A stretch of 64,000 bases of DNA from positions 372,001-436,000 of the forward strand of contig CM061247.1 in the NCBI GenBank assembly GCA_022605425.2. Direction: 5' to 3'. The position numbers were made by a program, and so were the translations under genes. Under the pieces are notes generated by a model, which saw only the letters and a list, made by a program, of their open reading frames with translations, was not told where the DNA came from and searched no databases. Source of the DNA: Hamiltosporidium tvaerminnensis FI-OER-3-3. Taxonomy: Eukaryota; Fungi; Microsporidia. Shown piece by piece: positions 23,750-35,900 of this stretch (position 1 is its first letter; every line of letters begins with the position of its first letter).

Positions 23750-26650
23750 ACTTTAACATGTTATCATATAATGCACAGATACGGTGTCTTTACTAATTGG
23801 GGAGATAGTATTACTCCCTTTTTTGTCTTCGATTTAAAAACGTTTAAGCAAGCTTATAAAATTAAACTAGTCCAGATGAATGTGTTAATATCAGATTACC
23901 CATTTAGTAAATATATTTTATCAATCATTTCGAATTTACATATTGATCTTATTCTTATATTTGATATTACTTACAAAAGATTTTCATGAAATCTGAGCCA
24001 GAAGAGTGCTTTTTTTGTTTCATACAGTTTAATTTATATTTATGACTGGTATAGAAATGTATACAGATAGATAAATTCATTTTGAGGATTGTTTTGCTCG
24101 AGAATTTTTAAAACATCGAATATCTAAATGTTTTTGTTCAAAGATCAAAACCATGCTAAAATTTATTTTAATTCTAGGAATATATTGATATCTTTGGTAT
24201 AGAAAAACGTGCTTTGTCTCGTTGCCTATATTTGCTTACTTTAGACTTCCAGAAAAAATACTATTCATCCTCGACTTTTTTTCCCGAAAATATAATGTAA
24301 TTAAATTTTTCGCTTTTCTATTTTATTCTATTAATTGCTAATTAAATCTCATCCGAATATTTTTTTCTAACTTTTCCCTATAACTTCAATTTTATTTTTA
24401 AGAGGCCTTTTTTATGTGCCAACTTAGTTTTATTTGTATTTTTCTGCTTTAGGATTGATGCTTTTCGAGTTTATAGTTTTTTAATTATTCCCAGACATAC
24501 CAGATTTGCAAGAGAATATGTTCCCTCTGAACTCAATATTTGTAAGACCCCTTTCCAAGTTCTATTCACAACAGATATAGACGCTCTTTAATCCAGCATC
24601 GAGATCTACTTTATTCTTTACTAACACAGCACTAACTGTATCATATAACTCGGAGAAGCTGGTCTTTATGTTTTACTACTCCTATATGATAAATTACTGA
24701 CAATATCGCATGTTGATTTATTGCATAATATAATTTGGTTGCATCTAGTCTAATGTAACAAAGTTCGGTAGTCTTGTTATTAGTCATGTCTGTATATATT
24801 CAGATGAGCTACGTGTTTGATTTTCTTTGCTACCTCCAAATTTTCTCATATATTTATAACCACTAATATTTTCTAGAAAAGTAGCAGTATCTTCGCACCA
24901 TGTATCACTGTAATTAAATGGGCGTTGATTGATTATAAATCAATGATTTCTAAAAATTCACCTTTCCTGGAGAAGATTTAAATTTTAACGTGTCTAAGCC
25001 AAAGAACTTAGAACATGCAATAAAAAGCTATGATTATTAGTATCAAAATAGCATTTGTCTATATTGTAAATGTTATGAACTTCTCACAAGTTTGCTAAAA
25101 CCGATCTAAACTTAATCTACTAAGAAAACGTTACAAAATATTACCGTATTATTGCTTTCATATTTTCCGTACTTATGATTTTTTAAGCTCCATGTAAATA
25201 TTGACTTTTTTGATATAGTATCTTGATGAATTTCAATCTCAGAGTAGGTAAATCAAGAAGTAATGGATTGCTTTAAAACGCATGACTACTAGCCCATTCT
25301 CATTCGAAATTAATTTTGGTAGCCTGAATATTTTTTCTATGTTCATATTCAAGAAATTTATCACATTAGTTGAATTTGCATTCTGCACGCTTCTGAGAGT
25401 ATTAAATATAATTTATAAAATCCCACTTTCTTTTTCACTTGGAAGAACAATTTTTGCCACATAGCTTGCCGTTTACTTTCAGATGATAAAAATTCAAATA
25501 ATTGTCTTTATTTAGGGACTCCTTGTAGTAATTCTTATAAAATTAAAATATTTACGCCAGCAGTAGAATCAATACATCTGAGGTATACGTTCTAATCATA
25601 GTACTTTCACAATATCATAAAAATATTTCCGAAGAAGTAAAGTTTCTTATGCTAAAATTGAGATACAATCTATTATAGAGCTTTCTAAATGAATAGCCAA
25701 TCAATGATATCTAAAAAGTTTAATGTAAAAGAAACATGGCTTGTGAATTAACTAAATTAAACAATATCTGACAATTATCATGCTTAGCTATACCATCATT
25801 TTCGTTTGCACCATTAACAAAAAGGTCACAATTTCATCACGGTTAGCCCTATGCTTATATTTATGATGCTAGGATAACTCAAGTAAAATCATCCACTGTC
25901 ATTTTAACCATAAGTACTCTTTCAAAGTCGCTTCCTATTTATATCATCGTACGTTTTCGATTTAGAAACCCCGAAACTCATTATTTCTAATTAAGCACCG
26001 AAAAGTCGATTTATACTGCTCAAGTTAACATTAAACACTCTCAAATGTTTTTTAAGGATTTTAATTTCCAAAGGTGGTTTTACTTGCTTATAGGCCGTTT
26101 CAGTGTGATCTTTAAAAATAATAACTTGGAGATATTATTGCTCCCTTTGTTTACCTTCCAAACAGAGATAGACCTCTTTTTGGTTTTGACTCTTCATATA
26201 ATACCTGCATCTTGTAGATATGGCAGTAAAGGTAAATAAACAAAGTGCATATGATTCAGCCTGTTTGGCGGCTTGCTTTTTAATGAAATCCGGGATCTTT
26301 GGATCAACCAGTTCCCTTAAGATTTTTGAGTTACGATCATAGATTTCCTAAAATTTTCTCATCCAATGGTTCTTTTATAAATTGCAAAACATTACTCATA
26401 GTAATATCCAAGCGGGTATATCGCCCATAAAACATAGTATTGAGACAAGCACTGTTTCTGCAGGTCGTTTCATCCTTTTCTGATCCTAGTCTCATTTCGC
26501 CTTTCTATCTGGACTGTTTAACGCATCGAGATTTGTAGCCCAACCGAATTTTTCATTCTAGTATTCGTAAAGCCTTTTCCAGTCGTTTTAAGGCAATCCT
26601 CAAAAACTTGTCTGCAATGCAAAAAATATTTTTCGAAGCCATTCTTCTGA
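23750..26650 (-). mobile_element. Old, heavily degenerate near full-length copy of the REL non-LTR family
   Basis: Collinear nucleotide similarity to the 8183-11975 element: 24550-24660 vs 9450-9560, 25560-25710 vs 10490-10650, 26521-26563 vs 11481-11523. No intact ORF; ends approximate. Confidence 0.75.
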
Positions 26651-27098
26651 GGTTAATGTTAATGAGATGACTATTGTACGCACTTCCATGAACCGGTTGC
26701 CTTCGGGAACAGCTAGGGTATAAGTATTTCTCCATGTCGTTATATTTTCTCGCACACCGAGACTTTAACTGAAGAATAAAGTGATGTATTAGGCAAATAT
26801 AAGGCGCCAAGTCCATACTCTCTGTATCATTGCATGTTTAGATCGGATGTAGATGTTTTGCTTTTTTAATAGTGAAAAGGGGTAATAAATTCAAAGTAGG
26901 TGCTGTTAATACATTTGCTTCGGGTTTTTTTTGCAAATAAACGTCGGTTGCAGCCCATATTTTATCATTTTTTACTGTGCGCTTTTATTATTCCAATTTT
27001 ATTAGAATCAACAAAAAAAATATTGCCCTAAAAGAATAATATTTATCGGTAAAATAAATACAAAAATCGGAAGAAGTTTATTGAAGAAATAATTCTGG

Positions 27099-27797
27099 TT
27101 ATAACCCTTTTTTATCAGCAGACTCTTCTAATTTGAAGAGCGAGTTTTCAATATCATCCATTTTATTTTCTAATTGGCGAATTTCATCGGGTGTTAAGTA
27201 TCGATCTTTATATTCTCTTTTTAAGCAATCAAGTTCTTTCCGAAAATAAGCCAGGCGTTCCTCTACTTTAGTCTTTAGAGATTTTGAAGAACTTTTATCA
27301 GATCTTTTTTGTATATTTACAATCCTTTTCTCGGATCTAGAAATTCTATCATCTAATAAATGATACGCATCGTTCGGATTTGGCTTAGATTCTCCACGAG
27401 AAATATATATTTTTTTTTTGGTTTTACTGTGATGTCTAACTCTTCTATCTATGGTGCTCGAACTATCATCACTAGATCCTGTGCTATATCGAGAAGAAGA
27501 ATCATCTCTTCTATAATTTTCCGATCTTTTCGATCTAGACGAACCATATGCATCTTGTATAGGATAGGCAAAAAATATTTTATTGTTAGCTGATAGCAAA
27601 TCATCTTTCTCAAATAATAGTGTTAGTTCTTCTTTTGATTCTCTTTTAGCGGATTTAGCATATTTAACCAGAAGAAAAGCAAACATAGATACACCAATGG
27701 ACCCAAATATATTTCTAGATTTAGTTCTATTCATAAAATTCCAAGTATTCATGTATTTATATTTTATATTTGATAAATTAAAATACTTTTTTCTCAT
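27099..27797 (-). CDS. Hypothetical protein with one hydrophobic segment, Ser/Arg-rich middle and coiled-coil C-terminus
   Basis: 232-aa ORF with hydrophobic stretch IFGSIGVSMFAFLLV. No family recognised. Confidence 0.65.
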   Translation of the reverse strand: MRKKYFNLSNIKYKYMNTWNFMNRTKSRNIFGSIGVSMFAFLLVKYAKSAKRESKEELTLLFEKDDLLSANNKIFFAYPIQDAYGSSRSKRSENYRRDDSSSRYSTGSSDDSSSTIDRRVRHHSKTKKKIYISRGESKPNPNDAYHLLDDRISRSEKRIVNIQKRSDKSSSKSLKTKVEERLAYFRKELDCLKREYKDRYLTPDEIRQLENKMDDIENSLFKLEESADKKGL

Positions 27798-28529
27798 TTA
27801 ATTAATCAGAAAAAATATTTTCGTTGATTAAAATACAAATTAAACTTGCAAATTAAATTAAATTTATTGTAGCCATTATTTATGAAAGATGTTTTTCAAA
27901 GATAATATTGTTAAAAAAGCTGTTTGCTCAAAATCAAAAATATTTAATAATTTAAAAACATCTCATTTCGTCTAAAGATATGATACATTAAAAAAAGAGT
28001 TAAATACACTTGTTTTATAATAGAACATATTAAATTTTAAAATTTTAGGCGGCAGAATTTTATTTAATTTAAATCCTAAAAAAATTAATTTATCAATTTG
28101 ATATTTAAAATTATTGTGTACAACTAAAAATTCTTAAAAACATTGAATTCTTTACTTTGTTTTTCTAAAAAATAGCTATTTTAATATCATTTTAAACTAT
28201 AAAAATAATAACTGCAAGTAAGAACATATTATTTGTCTTAGAACGTCTAAAATTGAAATTCAGATGTAAAATTTTTCATTTTTAATAAATTTTATATCGT
28301 GAAATGAAAAACTCAATAAAAACATACGAATTCTGTTATTCATTTCTCTAATCTTCACAAGAATTTTAAATTAATTTTTCTTTGTATTTTTTATAAATTT
28401 ATGATTTTAAGATTTCCATGATATATCCTAAATTTAATTTAATTTAATTTAATTTAATAAAATACAAATATGATATGTGATATATTATATATGATATATA
28501 AAATTACAATAATTTATAAAGATTTATAA

Positions 28530-28750
28530 TTCTTCTTCCTAATTAAAAATATAAACAACCAACTTAGAATCTATTTATCTTTTTTAAATTTATAAATTTT
28601 CAAATATTTAAATTTTCTTCTTCCTAATTGAAAACATAAACAACCAACTTAGAATCTATTTATCTTTTTTAAATTTATAAATTTTCAAATATTTAAATTT
28701 TCTTCTTCCTAATTGAAAACATAAACAACCAACTTAGAATCTATATGTCT
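28530..28750. repeat. 85-bp tandem repeat, about 2.5 copies
   Basis: ataaacaaccaacttagaatctat recurs at 28551, 28636 and 28721. Confidence 0.9.
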
Positions 28751-28798
28751 TTATTCAATAGAATATAAAAGTATATAAAAAAGTCAAAATATATTTAT

Positions 28799-29713
28799 TT
28801 AAAGCTTAACTAAATTCAAACCACATATTCTTTCTTCATCAGATTTATCAAATTCATCTTCTTCTTCCATATATATTTGGTTTTCATAAATAAATTCAAA
28901 TTGTTTCAAATAATTATTTGAATATTCTATTATTTCAAGTCCGTATTTGTTCAAAACAATCATATTTCCTGTAAAATAATTAAAAAAATAATTACAAATA
29001 TTCTTTTCCAATAAAACTTTACTGAGATTTTTATTTACAACAATTATCTTATTAAGTTTCATATAACAAAGATATAAAACATCTTTAGTTAAAAAAAAGG
29101 TATCAGGAAAATTATTTTCACAAATATTTTCTAAATTTAAATTTAAATCGGTTCCTTTTATACACGATTGGATTAAGAAATATATTTTTTCATTAAAAAT
29201 ATTAGAATAAATATTTTTATCTACAAAAAAATCCATCTTTTTTTCATATAAAATTTTACAGTCTTCATTCATAATAGTTACAGATCTGTTATAACAAAAT
29301 ACTATATATCTATTATCATAAACATAATACTTATCGCAATTCATTTCCAATTCTTCTTGATTTAAATGATTAAAAATACAAAATTTACTATTTTCACCAG
29401 AAAATATTTTTTTATTTCGTAATAAGAAACACTCAGTAATATTTTCTTTCAAAATATAAAATTCTGTCTTTTTTAAATAAATATTAAAAACGTTAATCAT
29501 TTTTTTATGTGTAATAATTATATATTCACCGGTATATGAAAATGTTATGTTGTATATTTCCTTAGAAAAATTATGTTTAAATATTATTTTCTCTTCTTTT
29601 AATGAAAAAATATCCACACACTTTTCTCCTATTGTGTATAAAGCAATAAATTTATGAAAAGTATCAGATGTTATGTTTTTGTGATTTGTTTTTGTTAAAA
29701 AACGTGTGTTCAT
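28799..29713 (-). CDS. Divergent WD40-like protein, probable COMPASS subunit Swd1/RbBP5
   Basis: Beta-strand-rich body (ITFSYTGEYIII) and C-terminal FEFIYENQIYMEEEDEFD, resembling the RbBP5/Swd1 acidic motif ENxxYxERExEFD. Confidence 0.6.
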   Translation of the reverse strand: MNTRFLTKTNHKNITSDTFHKFIALYTIGEKCVDIFSLKEEKIIFKHNFSKEIYNITFSYTGEYIIITHKKMINVFNIYLKKTEFYILKENITECFLLRNKKIFSGENSKFCIFNHLNQEELEMNCDKYYVYDNRYIVFCYNRSVTIMNEDCKILYEKKMDFFVDKNIYSNIFNEKIYFLIQSCIKGTDLNLNLENICENNFPDTFFLTKDVLYLCYMKLNKIIVVNKNLSKVLLEKNICNYFFNYFTGNMIVLNKYGLEIIEYSNNYLKQFEFIYENQIYMEEEDEFDKSDEERICGLNLVKL

Positions 29714-30961
29714 ATCAAAGGATGCTTTTTAAATTTTTTATATGAAAAGCAAAGTTTTATTTTAAAAGAATTTAAAGGTAAAAAGAAATGTATTAATAAC
29801 ACAATTGAAGAATATGTAATTGATGTTTTATAGGAAGATTTATTAAAATTAAAAATATTAAATAGGTTTTTTTTGAAATTATTTTTTTATTAGAATGATA
29901 TTTTTTTCAAATTATTTATAACGATATCGATTATTTAATTGTAAATTTTAGTTGTTATAGAAAAATATTTTGATTTTTAACTTAGATTTTTTAATATTTC
30001 TTTCTATCAAAATTTAAACCATTGGTTGTAAACATATACTATCAAAATAATCATTTATAAATAAATAAAACGTTTATAAAACTATGAATGTGTTTATTCA
30101 AAGATATAATATAAAAATTGGTTTACTATTCTATTATAATTATATGTAAAAATTTGTTTAGATAAATTAATCTGTAATTAATTGTATTATTGACAATAAA
30201 TAAAACTATTATTTTTTTATAAGCTATGAAAAGAAGAATAAGAAAAAAGGAATGAAGAGTGTAGCTTTTCTGGTATGCATGAAACTAATGGGATTGAAAA
30301 TAACCGTTTTAAAAGAAGATTTAAATCCTATTAGTTTAAATAATTTTGGTTGTTTCGTAGGTAATTTTTATATTTATAGTTTCTCTTTATTAAAGATTTA
30401 TCTGCTATTTTTACTTTTTTTTGTTAGTCTTTTGGGTAAGATGTTGAATTCTGAAGCTGGCTTTTTATATTTAATATATTTGATAGCAAATACCGTTTTT
30501 TAAGTTACAATTTTATTATGCAGTAAACAGATAAGTATCTGAATGCCATATCTGTGTATTAAATATGAAGAATCACTATTACATTTATTAGAATTCGTTT
30601 TCTTAATTATTTTGTTACCCAGTTCTATCGATGTTTTTACTTATAAAAGAATATACAATTCTTCTCTGATTCTAAGTATATATAACCAGTTTAATGAATT
30701 ATCGAGTTTGATTACTTGTGAGGATTACTAATCTCAAGTAAAACTGCCTTGTACTAAAACAAAAAGACGAAGTCTAAAAAAGATTTTTTTTACATTATAC
30801 ATTCCCATAATTCAAAACAAAAAACTTGAGATACAATTAAGCGAATCATTACAGCATTTATAGAACAAGTAGTGCTGTAAGTTTCTAAAATCTGGTTCTG
30901 ACTTGTATAAATGAAACATAAATGTGAGGAAAGAAAAAATCATCCGAGGATATAGAAGTAA

Positions 30962-31188
30962 GCATTCGTTCATCCTTCGTACTACATCCCTGTGAAAGCC
31001 TTGGCCTTCCTTAGTAATACCGCCTACCGGTTTTTTTCCGGTGGATTTTTTTGCTTATGGGTTTCGTAACGAGGTAGTTTTAAAATGGTGGCCTGACGCC
31101 CAACCCTAACATGAAGGATCAATTCCTTGTAGTCGCCTCTTACGACAAGCATAGAATACTCTAAGCCAATTTTGCTTCCGGCATGATG
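30962..31188 (-). mobile_element. Short bipartite non-autonomous element resembling RTE-clade 5' and 3' ends (SINE-like)
   Basis: Minus strand has CTTGTCGTAAGAGGCGACTA and TTAGGGTTGGGCGTCAGGC..TTACGAAAC, then GAAGGCCAAGGCTTTCACAGGGATGTAGTACGAAGGATGA. It is GC-rich relative to its flanks. Imperfect 14-bp direct repeats at 30948-30961 and 31189-31202 (11/14). Confidence 0.55.
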
Positions 31189-32964
31189 GGAGATAAAAAT
31201 AAATGTTATGAAATGAAAAATTAAGTAGAGTAGAGGGAAGATATCAACATTAAAAACCATCTCCTTGGTAAAAAATGTATTGAAATTGTAGCAAGATCAT
31301 TGTTACCATTTTTGTGGAATATAAGCCACACTAGATCTATAGTTAAATCTCCACGATTCAGAGTTATAACAGAGTAAAAGAAACAAAAAAAACTTCCATT
31401 GGTTCATTCTTGACACCGTAAGGTAAAAGAGAACTGGAATAATTAAGAAAGACGAATTGAGTAAAAGAAAGACGAATTGAGTAAAAGAAAGACAAATTGT
31501 GTAAAAGAAAGACAAAGAGTCTATGCATTTTTATATAAACCAAAGTGTTTATTTGTAAAGAAATAAAAAAACATATGATTGGTATATTTATAAAGAATGT
31601 TAGCAAAGAAACCAGTTAATAAAACATATAGATCTTTGCCAGAAAAGATGAAAAATGAGGATAAAGTTTTACAAAGTAGAATCTAACAAAAAATAATACA
31701 ACCAGATAAATTATTATCTTGTTCTCAATCTTCTCAAGGATTAGATTATTTCTATTTAGAGTAATAATATTAACAGTGGTATATCCACCAAAATGTAAAG
31801 TTATTAAGATTCTTAGTATATATCATTAATATATTTATACTTTTGATAACATACCGAGATATTACACAAGAAATAGTTTCATCAAAAATCTATAAATAAA
31901 ATTCGATTTATACATTTGAAGTATTTTCTTTTTAAATTTTTATTCTTCACTTTAATATGATTATCCCATATAATTTCATACTAGAAACTACCATATCAGG
32001 TACTTTATTAAGATGTTAGAGTTACTTTTTAGTTTGATATATTTTCCTATACACGTTACATATTAAAAAGAAATCTTTTAAAGAATTAATCGTAGCTTCT
32101 TAAGACTTATATTTACTCATATAATCTATAAAAGTAAATTATTAAATTATATCCGATGAAAAATACTTATTTAAAAATTTGTTCTTAGTTGTTTTTCATT
32201 TATCTCAAAATATGTCTATTATGGCTAAATATTTTAAAAAGTATTTAATTATAAATATATAGTAATAAACACTTCTGTCTCAATAATTTATACTTCAAAA
32301 CCAGAAAAAACCAACCACCAATCATTTATAAGGTATACAATATTAAATTTATTTTAAATTCCAATTTTATCCAATAAATTTATAAAATTTACTTAAAAAG
32401 TTTTTTTTAATAATTTCTTTTTTAAATTTATAAAAATCATATTTTCTCAATAGAATATGATTCCCACGGAAATAATATTCTATTTATATATTCTAAAAAC
32501 TTAAAAGATTTGTCTGTTCTCAAATAGCAAATTAAACTTTAAAAATATAATTTTTAGTTTATTTAACTTAAACGGTTAGTCTTTAATATTAGTTTGAAAA
32601 GAAGCTATAAAATGTTTAAAATTATTTCTAAATAAACATTAAATATCATATACTTAACAACCTATATAGACTATATCTTAAATATATTCAGTTTGTTGAA
32701 TATTAAAAAGTTAATATTATCTACTAACAACCTATATAGACATATCTTAAATATATCTAAAATATATTCAGTTTGTAGAATATTAAAAAGTTAATATTAT
32801 CTACTCACTATTACATATAAATTATATTCTGCAGAAATTAAAACAAATAAAAATAATTCTTATCATTTCTCTAAACAAAACATCATCTGTAAATTAACCA
32901 ATATATTTTTTTTGGTACCGATATAAATATAAATACCCTTTTTACCTCCAAAATACAAAAAAAT

Positions 32965-35900
32965 ATGGACAATACATCTAAAGAAAATTTAAATGAAGTT
33001 TTTTGGGAAGATCCTATAGAATGGTCAAGCGATAGTAGTAAATCTACTGAGAAAAATGAATTTAGTAATTTAAGAACGTATGAACCTACAAACAATGAAA
33101 GGGAAGAAGAAAAGAAAGAAAAGAAGGATAACTGTTGTAAAGAAGAATTTGTTTCAACTAAAGAAGGCAATGAAGGTGAACAAAGTAAAGTAGAAAAAAA
33201 GGATAACTCTTTTAAAAAAGAGTCTGTTTCAACTAAAGAAGGCAATGAAGGTGAAGAAGAAAATGAACGAAGTGAAGAAGAAAAGAATGATTCTTTTGAA
33301 GAAGAGTTTGTTTCAAATATAGAAGAAAATAGCAAAGAGAAGGATATTGAAACAGATAATTTTGAAGATGGGTTTGTTAATAGTGAACTTGAGAATTTGC
33401 CATCAGAAGAAACGAAAAATATTTTTATAAAAAATCAGGAAAAAGAATTTGAAAGTGAAAATATTAAAATGGAAAATAAAAATTTAAAAAACGAATTTAG
33501 TACAGATATTGAGGATAATGAAGAAAGTAAATTTATTGAAAAATATTCTACAACTGATGGCCTTGAAACTACTAAAGAAGAAAATATTTACGAAGATGAA
33601 AATATTAACGAGGATGAAAGTATTTATAAAGAAGAAAGTATAAAGGAAGATGAAGAATTATCAATTAAATATTCTACAACTGATGGCCTTAAAACTACTA
33701 AAGAAGAAAATATAAACGAGGATGAAAGTATAAACGAGGATGAAAATATAAACGAAGATGAAAGTATCAATGAGGATGAAAATATAAACGAGGATGAATG
33801 TATAAACGAGGATGAAGAATTATCAACAAAATATTCTACAACTGATGTCTTTGAAATCAAGGAAGAAGATAATAAAGAAGAAGAAAATTTAAATTTATTT
33901 GATTATAAAATGAAAGATGAAATTAATAAAGATTTGTTTAATGAAATTGACGATGATTTAGAAAATTTAAAAAAAGATAAAATTGAAGAAAATGATGTTA
34001 ATTTTAAAGATAAAGAAAGAGAAAAACAAGTAATTTGTAATAAAGATATGAATATCGCAAAAAGTATAGAAAATAATAATATTCGTGATTTATTTACTTT
34101 TGATTCTAATGATTGGAATCCTGAAGATTTATTACAGCAAGAGAATAGCAGTGATAATAATTTAACTAAGGAAAAAACCGAATCAGAAGATAAGAATATT
34201 TTAGAGGATAAGTTAGAAGAAGAATTTGAAAGAAATTGTTGAGAATGAAGAAAATATTCTAGAATCAGAAGATAGAAATATTTCAGAGGATAAGTTAGAA
34301 GATTCTTCCGATGTATTAAATAAAGAAATAAGCAAAAATATTTTAGAATCAAAGATACAAGATTTTAAGAAAAAAGAAGAAAATTCTTCTGAAGTATTTA
34401 ATAAAGAAAAAAATGAAGAAAATATTTTAGAAACTGAAATTGAAGAATTCAAAAGAAAAGACGAAACTGAAGAAAATATTTTAGAAACTGAAATTGAAGA
34501 ATTCAAAAGAAAAGAAGATTTTGATTTTAAAGAATATAAAAAAACAGAAGAAAACACTGATTTAGAAAATAATTTGATAAAAAATGTATCTGAAAATATA
34601 AAAGAAGAAGAATTATCAAATATTTATGAGAAAGATAATATAAATATAAAATTTAATACTGAAAGAGTATTGAGTATAGAAAATGAACAAATAAGTAATA
34701 TAAGTCAATTAGATGATGGTATTGAGAGTAAAAACACGTGTGAAGTATTTACAGATGAAATTAATGAAAGTGAATTTTTAGAATCTAAAAAGTCTTCAGA
34801 TATTTTCTTAGAATATTCTGATGAAAAACAATATTTTGAGAATGAAACAGAAGAAACAAATAAAAATTTTATTGACAAATCTTATTTCCAGGTAAATGAA
34901 AATATTAAAGAAGAAAATGTTTTAGAAAAACAAGAATTTAAAAATGAAATTTTTGTGAAAGTTGAAACTCTTAATGAATCATTTGATTCGGATAAGAAAA
35001 CCGAAGATCCGAATTTGTTTGGAATTAAAGAAAAAGAAATTACAGATTATTTTACAGACAGTGAGGATTGTAATGAATTGATTTTTTTTAAGGAAAAAAA
35101 TTTAAAAGAAACAACAGAATATTTAACAACCGAAGATGCTATGAATAATGAAATAATTATTGAAGAAAATAAAGAAATAGAAAATTTGAGAATTGATGAG
35201 GATGCTATAAATAATGAATTAATTTTTGAGGAAAATAAAGAAACAACAGAATGTTTTACAGTTGATGAGGAATTGAATAAAGAAGAAATGATGAATTAAT
35301 TTTTGAAGAAAATGAGCAAAAAACAGAATATTTTACAACCGATGATTATACGAATAAAGAAGGAAATAATGAATTAATTTTTGAGGAAAATAAAGAAACC
35401 ACGGATTCTATTGAAAAAGAAGATTTAAATAACAAAATAATCGTAGAAGAAGCCAAACAAATTACTGATTATGTAACACACGAAAATATTTTCTTAGATT
35501 CTTTTATTACACCAAAAGAAGAATTAAAAGATTTTGAAATTTCTAAATCTCCTCAAAAAAACCCTGAAAAAATTTTTGATTTACCTGATGATTTATGGGG
35601 AGACGAAGAGAATACAGATTTAAAATTTATTGTAAAAAAAGTCGAAAATATTTCTTTAGAAACGGAAAAGGATGAAAAAAAATGTACAACACAGAACATT
35701 ACGGCTTATCCACACAAAGATAAAGACATTTGTATTACAGACACTTCAAATGTATTTCAAGAATACGAAGAACAACCTACATCTCAAAATATTACGGCTT
35801 ATTCAAATGAATTTAAAGACATTTGTATTACAGACACTTCAAATGTATTTTCACGGCCAATCAAGAACTTTACAAGCACAAAAAATATTAAAGAATTTAA

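Noticed and set aside
30252-31606. Short hydrophobic ORFs that might be decayed secreted-family genes
   Set aside because: Fragmentary with no recognisable motifs; cannot be supported without a search.
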